A stretch of 64,000 nucleotides of DNA from Verrucomicrobiales bacterium (GTDB taxonomy: Bacteria > Verrucomicrobiota > Verrucomicrobiia > Verrucomicrobiales > V1-33). Below the pieces are notes generated by a model. It was not told the origin of the DNA and searched no databases. It was given only the letters and a program-made list of their open reading frames with translations. A program made the position numbers and the translations under genes. Shown piece by piece: positions 28,061-36,630 of this stretch. How positions within the stretch are numbered: the stretch's first letter is position 1; the number at the start of each line of letters is the position of its first letter. The stretch spans positions 3,607 through 67,606 of the forward strand of contig JBBQWG010000007.1 in NCBI GenBank assembly GCA_038210825.1. The letters are read 5' to 3'.

Positions 28061-28723
28061 ATGAACCGGAAAATACTACCTTATCTCGGACTGGCCCTGA
28101 TCGGACTCTTTTTCCTGGGGGCTACGGATCCTTTGGCCAATACCCGTTTTGTGTCGGCCTTCCGCCCGCAGCCTTCGCAGAACCTGCCAAATGTGCCTGG
28201 CGCCGGGTATCTGGTGGTCACCACCGCCGGCGGCGAATGGATTTGCGACCGTCGGGATGTGATGAGTGTCAGTTGCCATACCTATGAGTTGGCCGGCAGC
28301 GTCAGGGTCTGGGAAGTGACCGTCTCCGAACGCTCCTCGAACACCCTCCGCTTTTATTGCACCAAGCCCATCGAAGTGGACGAAGTCCAAACCGGCAGCC
28401 CCTCCGAGGAAGGTGCCGGCGGCAAACTGGACACCCTGACTGGACAATCCACCACCGCACCTGCAAGCCTGCCCACCGGAAACAGTAAGGACACTCTCAG
28501 GGTGCCCGTCCGGAAATCCTATCCGGAAACCACCCACGCGCACACCATCGAATTCCGCGTCAAGGATCTGGAGGAACTGGATTCCATCTACGCCTACCTC
28601 ACGCTGATGGTCTATGGCTGGTCGCCCAAATTCGAACGCCCCCCTTCCGCGAGGAAACTCCGGACCCATGAAGTCCCTCCGGCCTGGCTGGATTGGAACC
28701 AAACTCCGGAAACCCCCAAATGA
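28061..28723 (+). CDS. exported hypothetical protein, paralogue A
   Basis: Signal peptide MNRKILPYLGLALIGLFFLGA. Shares the blocks RVWEVTVSERSS..RFY and YPETTHAHTIEFRVKDL with the next gene. Confidence 0.6.
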   Translation: MNRKILPYLGLALIGLFFLGATDPLANTRFVSAFRPQPSQNLPNVPGAGYLVVTTAGGEWICDRRDVMSVSCHTYELAGSVRVWEVTVSERSSNTLRFYCTKPIEVDEVQTGSPSEEGAGGKLDTLTGQSTTAPASLPTGNSKDTLRVPVRKSYPETTHAHTIEFRVKDLEELDSIYAYLTLMVYGWSPKFERPPSARKLRTHEVPPAWLDWNQTPETPK

Positions 28724-29268
28724 AACTTTCCCCTTCCCTCGTCTGGACGGCCGCCGCAGCCGCCATCCTGGGCATGACAGTCATGCTCTCTGCCCAAGCC
28801 CCCGTGCGGCCGGGCGTGGATGGTCTCCTCCGGCCCTTTTGGAAGTGCCGTCTGCCTGCCGGCACCTTCCTGGTCCCCATCGACCGCGTCTCCAATGTCA
28901 GCACCCACGAGTATGTAGTGCAGGGAGCCGGGCGGGTTTGGGAAATGGTAGTGTCCGATGACAGCTCGACCATTGCCCGGTTCTACTACATGGAATCCGC
29001 CTCCAAACTGAAGGATCCCCTCGTCACCGGGGAATCCGGATTGAAATACACGGAGGCCGCCCTCGAAAAAGCGGCCCAGGCCACGGAAACCGAGGAGATC
29101 TGGCGGAGGGTGGTCAAGGAATACCCTCATGCCACCCACGCCCACACTGTGGAATACCGCCTCGAGGATATCAAAACCATGCACCGCCTCTTTGATCACC
29201 TCAGCGACTGCTGGACCCAGGGGAAACCTGGAGAAATCAATGTAGGTCAGACTGGTGCCCAAAAATAA
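28720..29268 (+). CDS. exported hypothetical protein, paralogue A'
   Basis: ATG at 28720 overlaps the upstream stop (ATGA). Signal peptide MKLSPSLVWTAAAAAILGMTVMLSAQA. Blocks RVWEMVVSDDSS..RFY and YPHATHAHTVEYRLEDI. Confidence 0.6.
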   Translation: MKLSPSLVWTAAAAAILGMTVMLSAQAPVRPGVDGLLRPFWKCRLPAGTFLVPIDRVSNVSTHEYVVQGAGRVWEMVVSDDSSTIARFYYMESASKLKDPLVTGESGLKYTEAALEKAAQATETEEIWRRVVKEYPHATHAHTVEYRLEDIKTMHRLFDHLSDCWTQGKPGEINVGQTGAQK

Positions 29269-29286
29269 ATCCCTGACATTTCGCTT

Positions 29287-29700
29287 ATGAGCCGCTCCTG
29301 GTCCAGACGGGGAATTCCCCTCAAAGTGTGGTTGGGCCTGACGGCTCTGGCCGGGGGAGGACTTTTGTGGTGGCAGCACCAGGTCCGGGGATCCGTCCCT
29401 TTCCAGGACGTCCGTCCGCTGGAAATGACTGCCTATCTGGAACGGCCCTCCAGCCTGCGCGGCAGCAGCTTCACCCTGCGCGGCACCGTCCATCAAACCC
29501 TCGCCTCCTCCACGGACGCCGGCCGGCTCATCCTCGTGATGACCCTTGCTCCGAAAGACAGCGAAGCCGCCCCGGAACCCCTGCCCCTTCAGATACCCCC
29601 TGATTTCCTCGCCCGTATGCAGACCGGCCGGCAGTTTGTCTTCAAGGTGATGGTAGGCGATGCCGGGGTGCTGGTGCTGCAGGATGCCGCCGAAATTTAG
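29287..29700 (+). CDS. membrane-anchored hypothetical protein
   Basis: N-terminal anchor VWLGLTALAGGGLLWW. Starts 18 nt after the previous gene. Confidence 0.55.
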   Translation: MSRSWSRRGIPLKVWLGLTALAGGGLLWWQHQVRGSVPFQDVRPLEMTAYLERPSSLRGSSFTLRGTVHQTLASSTDAGRLILVMTLAPKDSEAAPEPLPLQIPPDFLARMQTGRQFVFKVMVGDAGVLVLQDAAEI

Positions 29701-29724
29701 CTCGTTTTCCCCCACCCCGTCCCC

Positions 29725-31638
29725 ATGAAGTTTGCCCTCCTGACCTCCGGTCTCTGCCTCCTGCTGCCGCCCTGCGGGTCCGCCCAGTTTTTTGACCCGG
29801 CCGTCGAAGTCAATAATAACAATAACAGCACCCCGCCCGCCTCCGGTTCCAATGCTTCAGGCAGCGGCAGCGGAGCCAAATCAAATTCGGAAAACAAAAA
29901 CAGGATCGATCTTCCCTCCTTTGATCCTGGCAGCGAAGTCCTCTCCTTTGACGGCAAACTCTGGAATATCAATAACAACCGTCTCTTCCGGGCCCGGTTC
30001 GAAAAATACCTCGCGGCCCCCGAATCCCCTCCGGCGGAGGACGCCGCCTACCGGAAAGTAATCGACGATATCCTCGCGGCCATCGCCCCCACCCGCCCGG
30101 GCGGTCCGGACCTGCCCCGTGCCGTGGCTCTCCTCCCCATTGCCGCCCAGTCTCCCATTGATGCCCGGCTTTGCGATGCTCTGGCCAATACCATCTATAC
30201 GGTCTGGGTCTCCAAAAAAAGCAGTCAGGAACTGACCCGGGCCGATGCCGCCCACCAAAAGGCCCTCGCCGATCTGCATCGGAATGTGGACCTTTCCCTG
30301 CAATCCGTCCAGGCCCCCGGGGTCCGGGCCATGGTGAAGGGGACCGCCTCCCCCGTCAAACCGGAAAATGCCGGCGTCATCACCAACTACGTCCGCCGCA
30401 TCGCGGAACTGGAAACCCTGCGGGCCGCGGCTTCCACCCGCCGGGAGCTGACGGAACTGGAAAGCAAACTGCAATACCAGTCCCTAACGGTCCAATTCTT
30501 CCTGCAGCGCCGCTTTGAACACGTCATTCTTTCCTGCCGCATTTACCGGATTCTTTTCGGGGCAACCGACCAGACCATTGTTCTTGAGAAAAATTCCGCC
30601 TTCGCCAAATCCCTCTCCCAGGGTTCCGGCCAAAGTCCCACCATTTCCATGCTGGACGCCATGGCCAATGAGGCCATCCGCGATGTCGACGAAGGCGTCA
30701 AAGCCTTCAGCTATTTGGTTTCCCAGAACGATCTCGACAGCGCCAGCAGCCGCCTCGCGGAAGCGTTTGCCACCGGGGAATACCTCGCCCGCATCCGCAC
30801 CCTGACGCGGCCTGAAAAACAAAAAGTGGCCGGCTTTGTCCGCGAATCCAACCAACTGGTGGCCGCGATGGAAGTGCGCGACTTCAAGACGGCCCAGGCG
30901 GTGATCACGCGGCTGAAGGCCACGGCCGGTGACTTCGATGCCACCAAGCCCCTATCCAAAATCGAGGAAGCCTCCATCGCGGCCGGCCTGCTCATCGACA
31001 AAGCCAAAATGGCCTCCCTCCAGGGCAAGGCCGAAGAAGCGGCGGCCGACCTCGAAAAGGCCCGGGCCATCTGGCCGACCAATCCGGCCCTCTCCGAGAT
31101 CCGCACCGTCTTTGAAAAGGGTGGCCTGCAGGCCACCAGTCTCAAGGACATGGAAACCCTGTTTCATCAAAAAAACTACCGCGCCATCCTCGCCGAACAG
31201 GCCCGCTTCTCGGCGGCCGTCAGCGGCATGCCTGACATGGAAAAACGCCTCGCCGAAGTGCTGGCCAAAGTCCGGCAGCTCGACATGGCGGTCACCCAAA
31301 GCGACCAACTGGCGGATGCCGGTGATCCGCATGGGGCATGGGAAGTGATGGAAAAAGCCTCGGCCGAAGCTCCCAGCGACACCGAAATCAACCGCCGCCG
31401 CGCCACCCTGGCCGGACGCGCCGCCGATCTCTCGGCCACCATCAGCAAAGCCCAACGCCTGGAAAAGTCCGGGGAACTCGGCCCGGCCCTGACATGGTAT
31501 CTCAAGGCCCGCAGCATCTACCCGCCCAGCCAGATGGCCAGGGAGGGTGTCGATAAATTGTCAGGACAAATCCTGCAAACCGGAACTGCCACCCCACGCG
31601 AAGAGCCGCCCGCCGCCACGGCCATTGCCGTGCCCTGA
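29725..31638 (+). CDS. large exported (possibly lipo-)protein, helical/TPR-like, hypothetical
   Basis: MKFALLTSGLCLLLPPCGS signal with a lipobox-like Cys. Asn/Ser/Gly low-complexity linker (NNNNNSTPPASGSNASGSGSGAKSNSENKN). Long helical repeat-like remainder. Confidence 0.65.
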   Translation: MKFALLTSGLCLLLPPCGSAQFFDPAVEVNNNNNSTPPASGSNASGSGSGAKSNSENKNRIDLPSFDPGSEVLSFDGKLWNINNNRLFRARFEKYLAAPESPPAEDAAYRKVIDDILAAIAPTRPGGPDLPRAVALLPIAAQSPIDARLCDALANTIYTVWVSKKSSQELTRADAAHQKALADLHRNVDLSLQSVQAPGVRAMVKGTASPVKPENAGVITNYVRRIAELETLRAAASTRRELTELESKLQYQSLTVQFFLQRRFEHVILSCRIYRILFGATDQTIVLEKNSAFAKSLSQGSGQSPTISMLDAMANEAIRDVDEGVKAFSYLVSQNDLDSASSRLAEAFATGEYLARIRTLTRPEKQKVAGFVRESNQLVAAMEVRDFKTAQAVITRLKATAGDFDATKPLSKIEEASIAAGLLIDKAKMASLQGKAEEAAADLEKARAIWPTNPALSEIRTVFEKGGLQATSLKDMETLFHQKNYRAILAEQARFSAAVSGMPDMEKRLAEVLAKVRQLDMAVTQSDQLADAGDPHGAWEVMEKASAEAPSDTEINRRRATLAGRAADLSATISKAQRLEKSGELGPALTWYLKARSIYPPSQMAREGVDKLSGQILQTGTATPREEPPAATAIAVP

Positions 31639-31656
31639 CCCTGACCCTGACCCTGG
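31633..31656. repeat. hexanucleotide repeat (CCCTGA)x3 + CCCTGG spanning the stop codon
   Basis: CCCTGACCCTGACCCTGACCCTGG. The stop of the 29725..31638 gene is the first of three in-frame TGAs. Confidence 0.7.
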
Positions 31657-31811
31657 CAATATCGTGCGTGCGGCCCGCCGGCCCCGGAAACCGGGCATCG
31701 GCTTGGGCCTGCACTGGGTATCGGCTGCATTAGCCTGGCATCGTCAGCGCAATCGGCCGGGGTGTGTTTTGAAGTGGCTGACCCTGGGTTTTGAGAAACC
31801 AATGCTCCGGG

Positions 31812-31837
31812 GCCGGCGGGACGCACGGCGCTCCCAG
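31812..31837. repeat. solo copy of the REP-like element seen at 17.5 kb
   Basis: GCCGGCGGGACGCACGGCGCTCCCAG is identical to the core of the 17581-17642 units. Confidence 0.75.
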
Positions 31838-31879
31838 GAACTTCCCTCCGCGGACCGCTCCGTCATCTGATATCAGACT

Positions 31880-31970
<91 letters not shown>

Positions 31971-31980
31971 TTCGCTACCC

Positions 31981-32418
31981 TCAGCCTTCCACCGGCCACA
32001 GCTTCCCCAGGATTTCCTCCTGCAGTTGCTTCATTCTGGCAAATCCAGCCTCTGTGCTATCTTCATGGCCGTTCAGGTGCAGCAGCCCGTGAATCAGATA
32101 CAGCGCGGTCTCCCTGAGGGGATTTTGGCCATACTCCGCTGCCTGACGGATCGCGGTTTCCGTGCTGATGAGGATCTCGCCGTGCGCGAAGGTGATGACA
32201 TCCGTCGGGGTGGGATCTTCGAGAAATTCCGCATGGACTTTTGCGATGGCTTCGTCCGTGATGAAGGAGATTTCCACCTCCATCAACTCCGGCAGTACTG
32301 GGGCTTCCAGGCCAGGTTGCTCCAGCACCAGCGGCCATGCCGCTGCCGCCAGTTGCGTCAACCCCGGCAAATCAAGGATCAGCGTGTTCTGGTGGTTGTA
32401 GAGACTGATTTCGGGCAT
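31981..32418 (-). CDS. ybeY: rRNA maturation endoribonuclease YbeY
   Basis: Zinc-binding motif HGLLHLNGHED. 145 aa, typical for the family. Confidence 0.9.
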   Translation of the reverse strand: MPEISLYNHQNTLILDLPGLTQLAAAAWPLVLEQPGLEAPVLPELMEVEISFITDEAIAKVHAEFLEDPTPTDVITFAHGEILISTETAIRQAAEYGQNPLRETALYLIHGLLHLNGHEDSTEAGFARMKQLQEEILGKLWPVEG

Positions 32419-32547
32419 CTCTCAGGATGGCATCCCCTTTGCCCGCCCGCAAGCTTCCGGGGCTGGCCTCGGGGCCACGGGACCAACCTGGTCCCGAGCG
32501 CCAATCCCCAATTGTCATTTGAGCATTCCCCTCTTCCGGTATCACCG

Positions 32548-34593
32548 ATGTCACGGACTTATACATTGAAGGGGAGATCACCCGCCTCGCGGGGGCCGGA
32601 GGTGGCGATTGATTTTGCCGCGGAACTCAATCCGCAGCAATTGGCGGCGGTGACGGCCCCGCCCGGACAAAGTCTGGTGATTGCCGGAGCGGGCAGCGGA
32701 AAAACCCGCACCCTGACCTACCGGGTGGCCTACCTGCTGAAGAATGCAGTGGCTCCGGAAAACATCCTGCTGCTGACGTTTACCAACAAGGCGGCCAAGG
32801 AAATGCTGGAACGGGTGGATGCCCTGCTGCCCTTGCAGACGGCGGGACTGTGGAGCGGAACTTTCCATTCCGTCTGCAACCGCATCCTGCGCCGGCATGG
32901 GGAACTACTGGGACTCACGCGGAACTTTACCATTCTGGACAGCGATGACCAGAAGGCCCTCCTGTCAAAAGCGATCAAGGAAAGTGGGGTGGCCAAGCAG
33001 GTGGAGGAGAACACGGGCGAGAAATTCCCCAAGGCCCCGGTGATACTCGGATTGATCAGTCTGGCAGCGAACACCCTGAAGCCGCTCAAGGACATCGTTG
33101 CCCGCGACTTCAGCAAGGATGCGGAGTTTGTGGCGGGCATATCCAAGGTGGCGGCGCTTTACGCAGAGAAGAAGGCCAAGGCAAATTCGGTGGATTTTGA
33201 TGATCTGCTGACCAAAACCCTGACACTTTTCCGGGAACAGCCCCCGGTGCTGGCCCAGTATCAATATCAATTCCAGTTCATCCTCGTGGATGAATACCAG
33301 GACACCAACAGTCTGCAGGGGGCCCTGATCGAAGCCCTCGCCGGCCAACATGGCAATGTGATGGTGGTGGGCGATGATGCCCAGAGCATCTATGCATGGC
33401 GCGGGGCGGACTTCCGGAACATCATTGACTTCCCCAACCGTCACCAGAACGCGCAGGTCTTCACCATCGAGACCAACTACCGCAGCGTGCCCGAGATCCT
33501 GTCGCTGGCCAATGAAGCCATCAAGCTGAACGACAAACAATTTCCGAAAACCCTGCAGGCCGCCCGGCCCAAAGCGCAGCAGAAGCCGGTGCTGGCCGCT
33601 CTATATACCCCTCAGGAACAGGCCGCCTTTGTGTGTCAGCGGATGCGTGAACTGCACGAGGAGGAACACATTCCGTGGTCGGATATGGCGGTGCTCTACC
33701 GGGCGCATTTCCAGAGCATGGATGTGCAGTTGCACCTTACCGCCGAGGGCGTTCCCTTCCAGATCACCAGCGGACTGAAGTTCTTCGAACTGGCTCACAT
33801 CAAGGACTTTTCCGCCTTCCTGAAGTTTGCCGTCAATCCCCGGGATGAGGCGGCTTTTGACCGGCTGGTGCAGATGATGCCGGGAGTCGGCGCGGGATCG
33901 GCAGCCAAAATGTGGGCGGCGTGGCTGGCAGGCAGTCCCGCGCAAAGCGGGCAGCCGCCCGCCTCCTATTCGAAGATCTTCGAAAAAATCAAGGTGCCCC
34001 CGCGCGCCGAAAAGGACTGGCAACAGCTCGGCTGGACCATGGATGAATTTGTCAGGCCCGATGGCAAACTGCACGATCCGCTGACAGTGATGACCAGCGC
34101 CATGGAGGGCATCTACCTCGCCTACATGAAGGCCACCTTCGACAACTTCGAGAACCGGCGGCAGGATCTGGAGCAGTTCATGCGCTTTGGATCGCAGTTC
34201 GCCAGCGTGGAGGAAATGCTCAATGAACTCTCCCTGTTGAGCGGACCGGAGGCCGCCGAAGGCAGCGCGGCGGCCCAGGGGAAGGACAGTGACGCAGTCA
34301 CCCTTTCCAGCGTCCACCAGGCCAAAGGACTGGAATGGAAAGTGGTCTTCATCATCTGGCTGACGGATGCCATGTTCCCGAATCTGCGCGCCGCCGAATC
34401 CAATGGAGGCGAAGGCATGGAGGAGGAACGGCGGCTCTTTTATGTGGCGGTGACCCGGGCCATGGACCAGCTTTACCTGACATGGCCCCGCCTCTGGCCC
34501 AAAGCCTACACCGGAGATGCCTGGCAAATGCCCAGCCGCTTCCTCGAAAGCCTGCCGCCAGGCTCGGTGGATGAATGGCGGGTCGGACGTTAG
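32548..34593 (+). CDS. UvrD/PcrA/Rep-family ATP-dependent DNA helicase
   Basis: ATG at 32548. LNPQQLAAV, Walker A AGAGSGKT, VDEYQDTN, GDDAQSIYAWRGA, NYRS, VHQAKGLEW, RRLFYVAVTRA. Confidence 0.9.
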   Translation: MSRTYTLKGRSPASRGPEVAIDFAAELNPQQLAAVTAPPGQSLVIAGAGSGKTRTLTYRVAYLLKNAVAPENILLLTFTNKAAKEMLERVDALLPLQTAGLWSGTFHSVCNRILRRHGELLGLTRNFTILDSDDQKALLSKAIKESGVAKQVEENTGEKFPKAPVILGLISLAANTLKPLKDIVARDFSKDAEFVAGISKVAALYAEKKAKANSVDFDDLLTKTLTLFREQPPVLAQYQYQFQFILVDEYQDTNSLQGALIEALAGQHGNVMVVGDDAQSIYAWRGADFRNIIDFPNRHQNAQVFTIETNYRSVPEILSLANEAIKLNDKQFPKTLQAARPKAQQKPVLAALYTPQEQAAFVCQRMRELHEEEHIPWSDMAVLYRAHFQSMDVQLHLTAEGVPFQITSGLKFFELAHIKDFSAFLKFAVNPRDEAAFDRLVQMMPGVGAGSAAKMWAAWLAGSPAQSGQPPASYSKIFEKIKVPPRAEKDWQQLGWTMDEFVRPDGKLHDPLTVMTSAMEGIYLAYMKATFDNFENRRQDLEQFMRFGSQFASVEEMLNELSLLSGPEAAEGSAAAQGKDSDAVTLSSVHQAKGLEWKVVFIIWLTDAMFPNLRAAESNGGEGMEEERRLFYVAVTRAMDQLYLTWPRLWPKAYTGDAWQMPSRFLESLPPGSVDEWRVGR

Positions 34594-34715
34594 GACTCAG
34601 GCCTCCAGCGTCCTGCAGCGACCCTCTGCATGGCATGCGGCGGTGAAGGCCGCGTGGCCCCCGGGGTTTTCCTCAGTCCCGCCGGGAAAAACTAACTTTT
34701 ATTCAAAAGGACATT

Positions 34716-34850
34716 GACGGGCCACGGATGGCACCAATACAACTGATGGCCACGGATTTATGAGGAACTCAGCATTCACTTTGAGGATGAAGCTCATTAT
34801 TTTGCTATATCCGTGAGTATCTGTATCCTCAGTGACATCCGTGGCCCGTC
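34716..34850. repeat. 15-bp perfect inverted repeat flanking an AT-richer 105-bp core
   Basis: GACGGGCCACGGATG (34716-34730) and CATCCGTGGCCCGTC (34836-34850). Inner extra copies of CCACGGAT (34750-34757) and ATCCGTG (34809-34815). Confidence 0.7.
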
Positions 34851-34866
34851 ATTTTTCCATGCAGGT

Positions 34867-35526
34867 TTATTGTTGCCGCCGTTGATGGGCGAGTCCGGCC
34901 AGGCCAATGATCAAAGTGATCCCTGCTGGAATCAGCAGCACGCGGTAGGAAAGGCAGTGGAATCCGGCCGCACCAGCCACCGCGCCGCCCAGAAAACCGG
35001 AAATGACAAACCCACAGAGTTTCCATCGCCGGGGGTCGGTGGGCAGGCCGCGCAGGGCCTGGCCCACCATGATCCCAAGATCCGTGAACAAACCGGAAAG
35101 ATGGGTGGTCCGGATCAGGGACCCGCTGAAGGCTGCGACCAGCGCATTCTGCAGCCCCATGGCGGCACAGGTCAGAAACACCCCCGTGGTCAACCCCTGC
35201 ATCAGCAGGGGTATCGCCACTCCCAGCAAAATAGATTCCAGGAGGAACGCCCCGGCAAAGCGGTTGCCGGTCTGAAGTGGGGAATCGCCGACGACGAGGC
35301 CACAAGTGGCCGCGCCGGCCACAAAGGAAAACAAAATGCCTCCGAGATGCCAAACCTGCCCCGTCGCGCCTCCGGCGAGGGCGGCCCCCAGCCACGTGGT
35401 GACCCCTGTCAGGTGGGTCACAGCTTCGTGACTGAAGCCGAGCACTCCCGTGACATTGACCATGCCCGCCAAAAACGCGAGGAGCCCGGCAGCGGACCAG
35501 ACCCAGCGCGGCAGAACAGAGATCAT
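34867..35526 (-). CDS. YoaK/DUF1275-family membrane protein
   Basis: LLAFLAGMVNVTGVLGFSHEAVTHLTGVTT N-terminal signature and about 6 TM helices. Confidence 0.75.
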   Translation of the reverse strand: MISVLPRWVWSAAGLLAFLAGMVNVTGVLGFSHEAVTHLTGVTTWLGAALAGGATGQVWHLGGILFSFVAGAATCGLVVGDSPLQTGNRFAGAFLLESILLGVAIPLLMQGLTTGVFLTCAAMGLQNALVAAFSGSLIRTTHLSGLFTDLGIMVGQALRGLPTDPRRWKLCGFVISGFLGGAVAGAAGFHCLSYRVLLIPAGITLIIGLAGLAHQRRQQ

Positions 35527-35614
35527 CCGCTATTCAGCACACGGATGCTGCCGGTTTCAAAGGCAGAGGCAGAAGGTTGGGCGGCACCGGGCTACGGGAA
35601 GCCGGGACCACCTT

Positions 35615-35866
35615 TCAGGAGTAGCGCACCCGCTCGCCAGCCCGCGCCAGAAGCAGGGCGAGAGCTGGATCATGCTCTACAATCTGCCGGGCCAGCAGCC
35701 GCAATTCGTCATCGCCGCCAAAGGTGCTCTCCTCCGGAGCCGGGGTGCCCGGCCGGGTGTAGGAGGGGCGGATCATGCGCGGAGGAATGTCAATGATGGC
35801 AGGGGAGTTCATGAGTTCTGGTTGAGGTAGGTTGAGGTAGGTTGAGGAGAATTGAGAGGAAATCAC
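35615..35866 (-). CDS. small hypothetical protein, second gene of an RHH-like pair
   Basis: The GTG at 35866 overlaps the TGA of the upstream ORF (GTGA). Alternative ATG at 35812. The first 17 codons would be encoded by a 10-bp tandem repeat, so the start is doubtful. Confidence 0.35.
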   Translation of the reverse strand: MISSQFSSTYLNLPQPELMNSPAIIDIPPRMIRPSYTRPGTPAPEESTFGGDDELRLLARQIVEHDPALALLLARAGERVRYS

Positions 35867-36075
35867 GCCGGGACTGCCGCACGGCTGATCCCCGGCGAGG
35901 TGCCCACAGCGATCTGCATGTCCCGGAGCTTTTCACGAAGGAGCATGCCTGCGGTGTCGGCGGCGTTTTTGCCATAAAACCCGGAACGGCTGAGATCCTC
36001 CAGCATGACACGGATCGGTTCGGTCACCGAGAGGGTGATCTGAATGCTTTCGATCGTGTTTTTTTCGCGGGCCAT
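35863..36075 (-). CDS. small putative ribbon-helix-helix-type DNA-binding protein
   Basis: 70 aa. Predicted strand-helix-helix layout (ESIQITLSV / EPIRVMLEDLSRSG / AADTAGMLLREKLRDM). High-GC3 coding look. Palindrome just upstream. Confidence 0.45.
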   Translation of the reverse strand: MAREKNTIESIQITLSVTEPIRVMLEDLSRSGFYGKNAADTAGMLLREKLRDMQIAVGTSPGISRAAVPA

Positions 36076-36094
36076 CCGAATATCGGGAAAACTA

Positions 36095-36110
36095 TGCCAT
36101 TAAAATGGCA
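36095..36110. promoter_or_regulatory. palindromic operator candidate TGCCATT-AA-AATGGCA
   Basis: Perfect 7-bp arms, 20-35 nt upstream of the ATG at 36075 (minus strand). Confidence 0.35.
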
Positions 36111-36218
36111 CAGGCTTTCGAAAATTACAAACCTCTTTTCGTTTTCTTTCCTCAGGAAGAGCGACACGTCCCCACCACATTCTCAACCCTGAAAGACCAA
36201 ACGGCGGGATTTCCGGAC

Positions 36219-36252
36219 ACAAAAAAGCCGGAAACCCATCGGGTCTCCGGCT
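36219..36252 (-). terminator. rho-independent terminator (minus strand)
   Basis: Minus-strand AGCCGGAGACCC / GGGTTTCCGGCT stem followed by TTTTTTGTG. Confidence 0.55.
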
Positions 36253-36293
36253 CTGGGCACAACGCTTCTTTTCGGAAGCGCGGTCGGGAAGAA

Positions 36294-36407
36294 TCAGGAC
36301 ATGAGGCTCACACTCAAAAGGTAAAGCATTCCGCCGATACAGGCCAACGCCGCCGCCAAAATGAGTTTCTCCAGCCGGGCGTGATCTTGTTGGTGCTCAG
36401 TTTTCAT
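36294..36407 (-). CDS. candidate 37-aa hydrophobic peptide
   Basis: Own translation: MKTEHQQDHARLEKLILAAALACIGGMLYLLSVSLMS. Below the ORF-track cutoff. Followed by the strong terminator at 36219-36252. Confidence 0.3.
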   Translation of the reverse strand: MKTEHQQDHARLEKLILAAALACIGGMLYLLSVSLMS

Positions 36408-36630
36408 ATTTTTGAGAGATCAATAGTGGGGGGTTGTCCGTTGGTTAACCCTTCCATACTGCCTCGGATTTTGGCCATTTCAAGTAATTTTAGATAATAT
36501 TCTCAAATTTAACTGTCGTTCCTGCAAATCCTCGCATCACCGATCCCTTCCATCCCGCTGGGCCGTCATGCAGCCGGTTTAAAGAAAAAGTTGATTGCTG
36601 CTGGATCTATTGTATTTTCCATAACCATCC

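Noticed and set aside
28612-29715. 367-aa minus-strand ORF across the exported-protein operon
   Set aside because: The plus-strand genes have signal peptides, paralogy and stop/start coupling. The antisense product is low-complexity and Gly/Pro/Arg-rich.
32026-32547. N-terminal extension of the UvrD-like ORF (855-aa version)
   Set aside because: The extension is antisense to ybeY. Helicase homology begins just after the ATG at 32548.
36105-36497. 130-aa plus-strand ORF
   Set aside because: It crosses the minus-strand terminator and is antisense to the better-supported 37-aa peptide unit. Its composition is basic and low-complexity.
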